Shown here one piece after another: positions 1 through 12,370 of a stretch of 64,000 bases of DNA. Source of the stretch: Tubulanus polymorphus (Eukaryota > Animalia > Nemertea); assembly GCF_964204645.1 (NCBI RefSeq), contig NC_134025.1:14384001-14448000 (forward strand), given 5' to 3'. The first letter of the stretch is position 1. Each line of letters opens with the position of its first letter. The notes beneath the pieces are model-generated. The model made no database searches, was not told the origin of the DNA, and saw only the letters and a list, made by a program, of their open reading frames with translations. Made by a program: the position numbers and the translations under genes.

Positions 1-869
1 TTCGCTTGAAAATTCTTTCGTCGGAACAAAATTTATTTCGTTCCAACCAATAATATTCTTTTCGATTGAACAAATTTGAAAAAATCGTTAGAACAAAGTT
101 GAACAAACTTTTTTTTGTCCAAACGAAATGTTTTTCGTTCGAACAATCGTTCGATCGAACAGAATCGTTTTAATTTGAACAAAATTTTCTTGTTAGAACA
201 TTAAGTTTTTTATTCAAACAATCATATTGTAAAAAGTTTTTTCTCTGAACCAAAAGTATTAAGTATTTCATTCAATCAAACAGAATTGTTTTCATTCAAA
301 CATTCATTCGAAAAAATTGTTTTCGCTCAACCAAATATTTTTGACGGGACAAAATGTTTTTCATTTCAACAATAACATAGCTTTTCATTCAATCACATGT
401 TTTTGTCAGAATGAAGTAAGTTTTGATTCAAACAAAAAGCGTATTGTTCGATCAAACTGAATTGTTTTTACTTGAACAAGATTTTCTTGTCGGAACATTA
501 AGTTTTTTGGTCGAACAGCGTGTTAAGTTCGTTTTTTGGAAATATACTCGGTCTGGTATATTTTGGATTACTGTGTATGTCATTTGTCAGGACATTAAAC
601 AGAAGACGACTTAGGATACTACCTTGCGTGACTCCACTAGTTAGACTGACTTGTTCCAAGATGAGGCGTTCCGTTGATTTCGGCTACAATTTTTCGTTCA
701 GAGATAACTGCTGAGCCATTTGGGCGACCTATCATTGATACTGTTTCCTAATAGCCTGTTTAGTAATGGCTGATGTTGTGCCTTATCAAATGCTTTGTCG
801 AAATCCACCGTTGAACAGGATTCTAAGACTGTGTAGAAAACCCGTTATCGCTGCTTTGCAGCTATATTT
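1..869 (-). mobile_element. Non-autonomous Helentron (HINE)-type element, head at 869, carrying a LINE RT fragment and a degenerate 'gaacaaa' repeat body; runs off the window start
   Basis: 836-869 is the reverse complement of the head AAATATAGCTGCAAAGCAGCGATAACGGGTTTTCT. 553-869 is the reverse complement of 12751-13067. 1-240 matches ~42290-42545 on the opposite strand. Confidence 0.65.
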
Positions 870-1469
870 ATTATTATTTTTCACCTTTTCATATTGGATC
901 TTACTGAAAATCTATAAACTTCTGTCACTCGCTTCCATTCTCAATGAAACCATATTTTATCACAGGTACTTCGTTGCATTGACAAATACTGCACGGGTTT
1001 TTCATCTGATCCTCACAGTTTAACCACTTCAACCTTGTTATTCTTCGAAGTGGTGTATGTTGCTTAGGAGTATGTTGCCGACAGTTATAATCCGGGGCAA
1101 TCAAATGCAAATTGTGTACTTTATTGTTTCTTTTCCCAATATCATGCAAGTAATATTTCGATGTGACGATAATATAAGATGATGAATAATGAAACGTTTT
1201 AACATAAAATAATTCATATGCTATAGTCAATTTGGGGGTGTTATGCGGAACGATTAGTTGTCAATGGAGTCACGTAGAGTTAGACTGGTTACCGGGATCT
1301 ACCTTCAGGTACAGGAATCAGACGCCACTCGGCTGGCTGCTTGTCACTTTGATTATCAATTCAAGTATAAATAAACAAATTTATTACCGAAAGACTTCAC
1401 ATTCAGCCGCGGTCTTCAGTCACAGTAATTTTAACAATTTATGCCTGGAAATAACTCCAAGAATTGGAT

Positions 1470-1837
1470 TTTTTGCCCACTTGGGACTGTAGTCCCAGCG
1501 GGCTATAGCTCTTCAATGCAATGTCTTAATATTAGTGTCTACCCTAGACACATCTTCAGCCCAAAAACCGGCCCTGTCAGACTCCATGGTATGGTTCTCC
1601 AGTAGCACCATCATAAATCACTGGAAACGCAATTTTATCGATATCTTCGTTATAACTGAGGCTTTTTCCCCAAAACTTGGTTCATCAGTACATTTTAAAT
1701 AAATTAGCCATCCACTTATATGAGTTAGCTCCTAGGTGGCACTCGTCCGTCTTGTGTAACTGGATTTGACGAAATCCTTGTATGAAATTTAATCCAAAAC
1801 AGCAGAAACCTGTTATCGCTGCTTTGCAGCTATATTT
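1470..1837 (-). mobile_element. Short HINE-type element or chimera
   Basis: Terminal hairpin GCCCACTTGGGAC-TGTA-GTCCCAGCGGGC at ~1475-1503, also seen near 52450. The same head motif as above lies on the - strand at 1804-1837. Confidence 0.45.
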
Positions 1838-2350
1838 ATTCTTGAAATCTTGAATTATTCTTGAAATACCTGGTTAGACAAATTTCCCTTGCACAACGCA
1901 GATATGGGATATTGTTTCCACTAAAAGAGGTGATAAATTTGTTGTTTTTCTTGGCCCTAAAATTTTGCAAAAAAACGATTCTACCTACCTACCAACTTAT
2001 CCTAAAAATTTGAGTCGGTGTAACAGCAAACAGACAATTAATTTGGGATGGCCTCATCCAAATATTGATTGATATACGCAAAATCAAGTAAAATTAACCA
2101 TTTTTTTCAATCGAGCGTCATATTATACATTACACGCTTGTTACTGAAAAACTTCAGATATTACTGAAAATTTATGATATTGTTCTGATTTAGTCAGACA
2201 CGGGGTTTGCAGGTCTGCTCATGGTGTATTCCTTTTTTTTTAAATCAATTTCATTTTCGAGGGGGAAACTAATCTTTTGTACTACGTGTCTTAGCAATCT
2301 TGCCGGACTTTCTATTGCAAAGTTTGTTTGAAGTTCATTCCATGGGTCCG

Positions 2351-2879
2351 TTAATAAAAAGTATGGTCCATGTTGCCGATAATCTGTTTATCACCATTGT
2401 GTTTTCTGATGTTAATTACGAATCGCTGAAAATTCATTATCTTGTCGTCAAGATTTTTTGGCAATTTTTGCGAAATTTTTGTTTTCTGCCGCAAAACCAG
2501 ATCGTGATGACTCATAAAACGAGTGCACCAGCTCACGGTTGCTCTAAAATCTTTCGCATATTCTTTGTTCTTTTCTGCCCATTTTGTAGCTTGGAGTCGG
2601 ATCTCCTCCCTGGATACAACCAAACCAATCTGAAGTTGTTCGGCTGTCCACTTGGCGACTTCTTTTTCGAGTTCAGGCCATTTGGGTGGGTTCTTCTGAT
2701 TGCATTTGCTCGTCTTTTTCATGCTTTTTAGAACTGTTAAATTCTTCTTCCGGCCCGCACTTGCTTTTCGTTGGCGCCAAAGCGTGCAGAGTGTTAACGT
2801 TGGTCGTTTCCATAACTAGATTAACAACTTTCAATTTGAAATCTGCATCATATCACATTCTTTTCTTCGCTGGAGCCAT
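2351..2879 (-). pseudogene. pogo-like transposase fragment (Brinker-like DBD plus CENP-B-type HTH, ending at the start of the DDE domain)
   Basis: MAPAKKRM*YDADFKLKVV, then WPELEKEVAKW...FRATVSWCTRFMSHHDLVLRQKTKISQKLP...IIGNMD. Contains a stop, a frameshift and a truncation. Confidence 0.85.
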
Positions 2880-3550
2880 TGTGAGTGTATTGTATGTCAA
2901 CTGGAACTGATATCGGCCTTAAAATTTTCAATTATTTTTACTTATTTGCTATGAATTGAATTACTGAGTGGAAATTCTGTGCACTGATTGGTTAATTACT
3001 GAGAATTTACTAATTTTTGAGAGATTTACAAAGTTAGTCATCGCCTTTGTTTTGATAGTGCCGGATGAGTGACAGGCAACTATAGCCTGAGAAATTAACA
3101 TGGAATTACAGGAGATGCGCGCTTTGCTATTGAACCTAATTTGACCCGAATTATCGTGATCAAAGTTTTTCGTTGGTTCTTCAATTTGATAACATTAAAG
3201 TACCGAAAATATATGGTCATGCACACAATAAACAAACTATAATGCATAAAACAGTTTATTAACTGTAAAATGTATCTTTCAAATTTTGCAGTAAAATTAT
3301 GATCTTTCAATATATTGAATTTGAATTGATGTCATTGTGCAATCAGCCTCCATCCACTAACTTCAGAATAATCAGCTGTTGCTATCACCATTTCCTGAAA
3401 ATAGACTCGGAAAAAATTCAATACCGATTTTTTTATCGCTGCGCAAGGGACTCTGCTTATTGGACAGTAATATGCAAAATACCTAATATGAACCTTCAGA
3501 AAGACACCACAGCTTATTGGCCGAGTCGGCTTAATCACCGGAAAATACGG
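2351..3550 (-). mobile_element. Truncated pogo/Tigger-family DNA transposon
   Basis: Terminus reads CCGTATTTTCCGG on the - strand, ending at 3550 next to TA (3551-3552). A decayed transposase lies inside. Confidence 0.75.
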
Positions 3551-5044
3551 TAGTAAATATCTTGTCATTGGTAAAGTGTAGCGATGAAGAAAATAGGTAT
3601 TTGTAAAAATAACTGTTTGAAGACCGCGGCTGAAAGTGAAGTCTTTTGGCAATGAATTTGTTTATTTATAAGCGCACAGCGAGTGCTGAAGGCGCGAGCT
3701 GGAAGCTCCTTAAGTCATTCGCGCGTATGAGGCAAATTCAAATTTTCTATATTTCTCCATACCGTCCTTCTCAAAAAGTGTAGTTTACATCTGGTACACA
3801 TGGGCATTGGCTAAATCGCGGCAACGAAAATTACGGTCACGGACGGACTTTCGTCGAAACTTGCGGGCCGCGTCGCACGGGTTATTTAAATACGTGACTG
3901 ATGGATTACAAAATGATTTTGTGTAATTTTACAAAGATTACTCACAATATAATATCAAAAAATGTTATTTTTAGTTCGTATTTCTCCGTGGAAACCGATT
4001 GGAAGACTGCATGCGAATCCCACAAAAAGCACAGTCCCCTTAGCAACGGGTCGAATTTTTTAGAATAACAAGCGCGCCAGTTTCACAGCATCGCTAAGGG
4101 TCGAGTCCTGGAGAATAACGCGCGCGCACGGTCCGCATGTTACAAAATGACCATCCCGTTACATACAAGTAAATTTTGCCAATCCCTGGAGTAAAATGCC
4201 ATGCGTTTTTTAACATATCTTATCTTTTTATGTGTCTTTTGCTCCCGTTTTTCAAACGTTATTCCCCTTCTCTGTGTCGAGTAAAATTCGTATAGGCCTA
4301 CATAACGCTATAACCCATATTTCAAATACCGTTGTTCCATTAATTAACTTTAATTATAAAACTATTGAATATATTATTCCATTAATTATAAAACTATTGA
4401 AGCCATGAGATTTAATGTAGAAATCTGACGATTTTTAAATAAGGCTTACAGAAAAATTTATTCTTGTATAATCAATAAAAAAAATAGGCTTTCAATTTGT
4501 AATCAACATTCCCAAACTCCCACGTTGTTTTTTCGCAGAAAATTATTTTTTTAAATTTAATCGAGGGTCCCTTAATTCGCTCGAAGATCTATCATATTTT
4601 GGGTGATTTTCTATTCACGCCTTTGGTACCTTCCTTCGGCAAAACCTACGTTTTTTTCAATGTAGAACTTGGGAACAAATTTCTTGTGTAAAATTTATAA
4701 AACTATTAAAGCCGTGAAGATTTAATGTAGAACATATCTGACAAAATAAAACAAACAAGGCTTTCAATTTGAAATCAATACTCCCAAAGCATGTTTTTTT
4801 CGCAAAAAGTAAATTCCTTTTCTATATTTGATCACGGCGAATCTTCGCTTAAAGAACTTCAATATTTTGAGTGATTTTCTTGGGCCACGGACCACACCGA
4901 ACATAGGTGCCCCCGCCAAACCTACGTTTTTTACAATGTAGAATTCTATATGAGTTGGGAAGGGCACTCGCCTCTATTTATTCATTAAACTTAACTTAAC
5001 TTAAAACTGGCTGTGCGCTTCACCAAGTTTCGACTTTGACATAT

Positions 5045-5351
5045 TACTTGAATTGATAATAGTGACAAGCTGCCTGCTGTCGATTTCGGGATGACTACTC
5101 AGAAAAACATGTTGCCTCATTTTTGGGGCTCAATTTTCAATGCTTACGGCCCGACAGTGCTTTTGTAACTTCGATTCATCGAAATTCCCATGTAGTATCT
5201 GTAGACGGAAGTGCGCTAAATGAAATTAAACGGTTTGTATCGGAAACAGCGATAAGGTACGAAAGCCTTTGCAGTTTTGACGAAGTTGTCAAATAATAAT
5301 AAACACGCGAATATCAATTGGGTTTGTCTGTGATGTAACAGAAAACCCTAA
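5045..5351 (+). mobile_element. 3' end of a HINE-type element, same family as 12751-29492
   Basis: Homologous to 22810-23071 joined to 29443-29492. Ends in (AAT)n followed by the hairpin GGGTTTGTCTGT...ACAGAAAACCCTA. Confidence 0.6.
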
Positions 5352-5501
5352 CTAGTTTCGTCATCAACAGAACAGTATTAATGTGGTTTAACAATACAAA
5401 AAAACGTAGGCTAAATCGTTCGGCAGAAAAATGAAATTCATTCAATTCTTAAGTCTGTGGTCCTCCCATCAACATCGTCATAGAACATTTTCCGGTGTAA
5501 A

Positions 5502-6047
5502 CAGAGTTGCCACTTCTCCGGATTTCTCCGGAATTGCGGATTTTAAAAAAATCCAATTTCATATCCGGATTTTCGGAAGAAGTCAAATAACCACAAAAGA
5601 AAACATAGCGAAAAAAATTAAATCAATTCGGGATTCGACCCTAAACATCAAAACGTGACGGCTCCGTAGAGGGTTCGAAAAAGCTCTATTGTGCTGCCAC
5701 GTAGTGGCAACAACCCCGCAGTACACGATTAAACCAAGATGACGCGACGATCGAGGCAGCAACAACCCCGCAGTACACGATTAAACCAAGATGACGCGAC
5801 GATCGAAATCGACTGATGCTTCGTTTGTTTTTGGCTCTGGTTTATATATGAGGTGTATTTGACGGAACCAATCGCTATTTGAAAAAATGATCTATAGGCG
5901 GTAATGAAAGTGAGGCCTATAACGCGTATTGCGCCAGAACGCATCTCCTGGCGTTCTAATTTCAAAAATTTTTCTGGGGGAGGGCCCACAGACCCCCCGA
6001 CTTATTTTGGGTTCCGGATTTTTAGCTTCACATAAGTGGCAACTCTG
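5502..6047. mobile_element. Non-autonomous hAT-like MITE (546 bp)
   Basis: Perfect 14-bp TIRs CAGAGTTGCCACTT / AAGTGGCAACTCTG. Flanked by the direct repeat TGTAAA (5496-5501, 6048-6053). Internal ~52-bp tandem duplication at 5707-5806. Confidence 0.85.
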
Positions 6048-6419
6048 TGTAAAGCATTAACCTCTTAATACCTTACCACAGTATAATTTACCAATTCTTC
6101 AAGGCCCAGGGGCCTCTTGGCTGTTGCCAACACGATTGAGAATATATGAAAAGTTTCTTGAATGATGGGACATACACGGTGAGTGTTTGACCTTAGTCGA
6201 TACACTGAGTTGACTTGTACACAGGCAAATGCAGCATTTTCTTCAAAATAAAAATTTTTGAAATGAGTAATCTAGAACAAACTCAATGTGTTAGACACAA
6301 TGTCCTATATTATTTGTTTTTACTCATCATCTCTGCTCAAACCAGCTATAGTTGTAAATCATTGTCATGATTATGGTTGTTCTGTTCTCCATCCATTAAT
6401 ATTATTTATGTACTTTCAG

Positions 6420-6656
6420 ATCATCGCCACCACCAATTTCTAAATATTTGTATGATCCTGCAGGAGGTCCAAGCAATGGAGTAATTGCTGGTATTGGCTC
6501 TGTTGAATCAAACTACCTCACACAGAGTACACGCTGTATAACATCATACACTGATCCTGATTTGCCACCATTGCTAGTCCTCATTCAATATCTGACACAA
6601 TTAGAAGGACAAATGTGGAGACAGATTCGAGGCCTAGGATTATCCTACAACTACAG
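6420..6656 (+). CDS. Internal exon of M16C/insulinase-family metallopeptidase-like gene (C05D11.1-like), exon a
   Basis: tttcag acceptor and AG|gtgag donor. Translates ...GIGSVESNYLTQSTRCITSYTDPDLPPLLVLIQYLTQLEGQMWRQIRGLGLSYNY, the 'W..IRG.GL.Y' motif of the M16C C-terminal domain. Phase matches the exon at 32286. Confidence 0.88.
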
Positions 6657-6723
6657 GTGAGACTAATAACTTTATGTAGTGATTACGTAGTGACTGTAAT
6701 AGTTATTGATTGCTGTTAAATCA

Positions 6724-7600
6724 TTTTCATACCCCTACAACGCAATGGAGGGGGGAATACTAGAGTTAGGTCATCTGGCATTCGTCGTCCATCTGTGGAC
6801 ACAATCTTGTCCATAGATCTCCTTAAATACTGGCTCTCCTCGTAACTTTACTCATATGTTTTTCTACGTATGTACGGTACAGCCTAGAAGTAACATAACT
6901 CATAACGCGTTCGTCAGAGATCGTTCGTTTTTGTTTTTCGGTTTACCTTTCTTGGCGATGTTGAAGTTGGCATTGAGCCAATTATGTAAAATCGCGGTAC
7001 GTTTTTTTATGTGAGCATTTGTTTCATTGGTTCTCGGGTTAAACGACGTATAATCGATGCGGTCGAAGACATGGCGAACCTCTGTCGATGACATGGTCCA
7101 CTTTGTTAAAATTCTACGAAAAACTGTTGGCGGGAAAATTCTTAGCTTTTAAATTGCAATGACCTCGATTGGGGGGCATTGTTTAGGTAGATGAGATGTG
7201 CGCCCATCAAATATGGCCTCCAAGGTGGCTATTATGAATTATATTGTAAGCACGATAATGCCTACAATTCTTGATGGATTTACTTGAAACTCGTTTTGAT
7301 GATTGGGGCAGGTAAGATGTTCACCCCTATTGAAAATTGAGGTCATCGCGCATTCAATATGCTTGCTAGGACAGACATCTTGATTTTCATGCTAGCATGA
7401 TTAACAATTCTTAAAGGATTTACATTATACAAATGTACTTGTTGTGATGATTGGGGCAGGTAAGATGTTCCCCACTTTCGAAAAATGGAGGCCATCAGCC
7501 ATCAAATATGGCCACCAGGGTTGCCATCTTGAATTTTTTGTTTAGCACAATTCAGCCAGGAATATCTGATGGATATCCATGAAACTTGATGTGAGAGTTA
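6724..7600. mobile_element. Decayed DINE-1/HINE-like element with ~147-bp internal tandem repeats
   Basis: Starts TTTTCATACCCC...GGGGGGAATAC followed by a cgtcc-type tract. GATGATTGGGGCAGGTAAGATGTTC and CATCAAATATGGCC each recur within 7200-7580. Confidence 0.5.
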
Positions 7601-9499
7601 AGACAAGTTTATCCGTGTACGACTTTTTATCCACTTCTTAAGAGACTTAAAAACATTTCTTGCTACTGCTTGTTAACATGGTTGGGTCATTACGATAGCT
7701 TAACCAGGAATATTTTTATTTGCACTACAGAAAATGTCAATGACAAATATAGCTGCAAAGCAGCGATAACGAGTTTTCTGAGCAGGCGTGCTATTCATAA
7801 TTTGAAAAGTGGATAATAGAAATATATCAATGCGGGATACGCATTTGATGTGTCAAGTCACACCAATACGGTGTAACATAATTTATAGTTATAGTCAAAT
7901 TGGGGGTTACTCGGGTCGTTTAGTTGTCTGTGGAGTCGAGTAGATTGGTTACCCATCTGTAACATTGGTTACAGAAACGACTCGTCAGCTTGATGAGTTG
8001 TATGTATTATGATTGTGCGCCACCTGCATTTTCCGAAATAATGTTCATATAATTATTTGAAGGGACGATTGAAATCAATTATGAACGTACATCTGAATAT
8101 GTAATAGTCCTTAGTAACTTTCTGTTGCAGAGGGCATAGAAAAGATTTTGAAATTATTTAATTAAAATGTAAATTTTATTTACGAAAAATAAACTATTAT
8201 GGTCAGTACAAAATTGAAAATTCATAGTGTATTTTTAAGAACAAGCTTACATAGCTTACAGAATACATCACGTACATTTGAATTTTATAAGTGATGGGTA
8301 AAAATCAACGTGTGACAGAAAAAAATGTAGTTAATTATTTAACAATATCGAAATATGTGCTCTCTTTTTAAACTAATGGAGTGATACGCAATTAATCACA
8401 TGGCCTGTATTGAAAGATAGAACATACAAGTTGGATATTTATAAGTCGAAACATGTGAACAGAAACTAAAACTTTGATGTCAGTGACCAGTATGGAATTA
8501 CACAACGACAATTGGCTTTAAACTCAACAAACATTATTAAAGAATGTTTCAAACAAAAAGCTTTATATAACAACATGAATAAATTTGTGTGTACAAAACA
8601 AGAAAGTACATTTTGAACTTTTGAATGCTCGAATCCCATTTATTCACAGTAACCTGTGATTTGGCGATTCTCGAAGCCATCCTTCTTGATGACGTCACTA
8701 ACAAGTGGTCACGGCCGTACGCGTGCACTCATTTCTTTGAAAATCTAGCGAGCGGGCACTGGTGCCCGCGCTCTCAATGCGGAAGTTTTTGTCATTCCGA
8801 ATTTTTCAGTCGGCAACGGACGTTTATCGTTGTAAGTGATGTAATATGTGAAAAAAATACGGGGAAACCTATCTCAATTTGTTTTTAGCGATGCAGCGGA
8901 ACTAATAAGGAACATTTTGCTATGTAACATGACCATAGTACACTATCCCTGATGGAATAATAAGCTCCACTCAACAAAAACTCATTCCCGTGCAGTTTCA
9001 GCACACACACAGCCCCCTTACCTACCATCAATGCCTAACCCCTGTTCGACCAACTGTGGGCGTTTTCCTTCGAAACATAAGCCTAATTGTAAAAGATAGG
9101 CATTAATCTAAGTTTATGCTGCATCTTTATCATGAAACCTAAGAAAGATTATTCTATTATTTAGGCCTATTCAAATTTTCTGTCCACTACCACGTGGAAA
9201 AAAGACCCAGTCAAATTTGTGCATCACGCTTTGACGAAGAAATTGGTTCTAGGCTATAAATTTTACGACTCAAACGAATCTTTTTCTCAACAAAACCACT
9301 TTTAGTTTGATGCAAAATGTCATTTGCTTTTAAAATCTGTAACTAGGCCTAATCAAAAGGATATTTCAAAAGCAAACAACTCAAGCCGGGCCAAGAGCCA
9401 TATTGAATTCAATTTTTTCCGAACCATTATGCCTCTTTCATCATAACATTATTTATCCTATTTCAAGATCTTAGGCCTACAAGTAGAGAGGGCCTACAT

Positions 9500-10140
9500 T
9501 GGGTTCAAATCGGAATTTTAAGATTTATTTCATTTAATTCCAGGTTTTCACTGTAGATTATTAAAGACATGTGGCATTGTGGGAGTTCATAGTTGTTTCA
9601 TAATCCATCATTTGTAAGTGTAAGGCTATTTTAGGGATTCGAAACCGACATTTTGTAAATTTTGTAGCTTTATTACGTTTGATTCCAGATGTTTATCATG
9701 ACACGTTTTATTTTTGGGGTTTGTCAGCGAGTTGGTATGCTGTCGGCAGAAGTAGTTTGATAATTCGTTTCATGTAAGTAAACAGCTATTTGAAGGATTC
9801 GAAACCGAAATCTGTATTGTGAATTTTTTAGTTGTATTTTGTTTGATTCTAGGTGTTTATCATGAATAGGACATGATTCATTTTGGTAGTTTGTCCGCGA
9901 GTGTGTATACTGTCAAATGAAGTTTCTTCGTCAATTTGTCGTATGTAAGTATCAATCTATAGGTTATATATTAGGGGTTCGATACAGAAATTTGGTGAAT
10001 TCCTCAGATTTATTTTCATTTATTCCAGGTTGTTATCAGAAAAATATGTACTTTATTTCATAGGTTGGTCTTTGATTGAAAACTAAAAATGGATGATAGT
10101 TCTAAATTTGATGTTGATTCACATGACCAATCTAGTAAGT
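9500..10140 (+). repeat. Degenerate ~160-bp tandem array, each unit with gtaagt / GGATTCGAAACC / ttgattccag
   Basis: Acceptor-like AG ends at 9543, 9688, 9852 and 10028. Donor-like gtaagt at 9614, 9774, 9945 and ~10135. The same array is in copy B at ~26255-26895. Confidence 0.7.
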
Positions 10141-12370
10141 ATGGCTCACTCGTCTTTTAGAATAAGAGACCTATTGCATTAATCCTTCAATTCAAGTTGC
10201 TATACAACCTTTTATACAGATATTAACCTTATCAATATAAACATGTATTTGCCATTAGCCATACAATTCAGTAAAACTTTTCCCGTCCAGATTTTGAAAC
10301 ATCATTTGACTCAATTTTTCCTCCTAGAAAATTGCTTTAGCTCATTCCAATGTTCGCAGTAAAAGTGAATTGTAGCATGTATGATTCCCATCCATCAATT
10401 TTGTCTTGTTTCGTATTTCTAGCGAAATCATCTCGAAAAAGTCTGAGGTCGAGGCAGGTGGTGGCCAGAAAAAGATATATTCTCGGGAAATATTTAAAGA
10501 CGCATGGCAAACACACTTATTGTTCACTTTTTTCCTATCCTTATTTTGAAATTGAAGTATTGTAATAAACTATTGATTTATTTTTGTTGATCAATGCAAC
10601 TAGTTTTGTTGTTTTCCTTCTTAATTTACATTTGAATTGGATGGTCATCTTGCGTAGGTGTCAGTTTGTCATCGAAGCAATACAGTCTAACTTGTTGACG
10701 TCTCAGATGCAGCGGGGCAGGGCGGTCATTATATTGTGGACTTATCCCAATTACACTTACACAGCCCAACGTCTTTCAGTGTGTAAACTCCGTCGTACTC
10801 GGCATTATAAGACAGTGAGGAATTGAGTTTTAGTCACCTGAGCCCTCAGCTTGATTCGACCAAAAAGACCTTAACTGACTTCACAGAATTTGATTATGAG
10901 TCAAGGATTTTCTAAATTTCTGAATGCTTTCTCTGGTTTTAAGATCAATTCAAATTCAATCTTCAAAATATTTTATTGAAAGAAATTCTACTGAAGACAG
11001 ATTTTGAAATGAAGAATATATCCAGGAAAATAATTACAGCAAAATCAACTGATGATCATCAAGGTGACGTTTTCATTCATCTTCGGCTAATTTGTCTACC
11101 CCTGATGATTGAAGCATTTTGGTTACTCGCGCCAATTAGTCAGCCACAGTCGATGTTCATGCCATCTGACCTCTTTCCATCTGTAATTAAGCAATCAAAT
11201 GTAAGAATTAGTTAGTTAAAGAGCAAAATAAAATATAGATATCTTAGGAGACTAATTTAAATCATGAGTTTGTTGTGAAACCTATTACCACAGTTTCGTA
11301 GAGCATAGACACCAAGCCACGTGGCATTGGTATTTTAAGGGCTATTCAGTTTACTCCAAAACAAGTCTATGATTAACATTAAAAAAAGCTTCATATCAAG
11401 GGCATGTCACAGGACTCGTGACGCCCATGAATTATCATCCCATAATAACAATGAATCCAATTCTGCATGTACGTTAGCATGACTGATTACTAATCCAAAT
11501 ATTGCATTACAAAAAACAGTTACGCAAAACGTCAAGTACTTACAGCATCTGAGACAGTTGCGCTTCAGTTCGAGTGTTAAGTTACATCTTTGGCTGTCAA
11601 TGTCGAAAAAGCCTAATTTGAAACATGCATTTGCGCACTGTGGTTTAATATTACTGCAAGAATCCGCAAAGGAATTGCAGACCGTAGTGACCAGTTCATT
11701 CCACAAATAATAGCTGGAAAGGAAGTAATCAAATAGATTGTTGTGCACATTCAGGCCATAGGCCTAACTAGCTGCTATTAAGACATTCCACTGACTGGCT
11801 CTACCCGCTATATTTAGGGCCTCTATTCTAGGCGCATCCCCCAAAAAAGCTAGGCATTAAGTAAGTAGCCAACAATGATCATTGCTTCACCGAGTACTCA
11901 TTTGCTACCATACTCATATTATTAAAGAAATCATTTAATACATTCCATGGTTAAGGGATTCTCACCTTACAATACATAGGCCTAAACTCCCCTGTCGTTT
12001 TCATCGATCCGAGTCGTCAACTGAACGCGGAAGTAAAATTCCGTGTGAAAATTCCTACAATTTCTGTCCACATCACGTTGATTTGAGCCCGAAATCTTCA
12101 GGAAATGTAGCCAACGTAAATTGATTTACGAATAGAATTAATCAATTGACTCATTTTAGAAATCATGGTTTCGTGAAATTCATTAAAGTCCTAAAACTTG
12201 CGATAAATTTAAGCCGAAAATGATTTCAACTATCCACCATGTTGTTTCATTAAAAGTCCTAAAACTCGCGATAAATTTAAGCCGAAAATGATTTCAATCA
12301 TCCAGCATGTTGTTTCATTAATAAAACAATTGTTGCGCGCCGACACTGTACTGTGTCCCACCTGTATGCA

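Noticed and set aside
10350-11748. Short ORFs conserved between copies A and B as real genes
   Set aside because: The similarity reflects recent DNA duplication. Frames break differently in each copy and no domain is recognisable.
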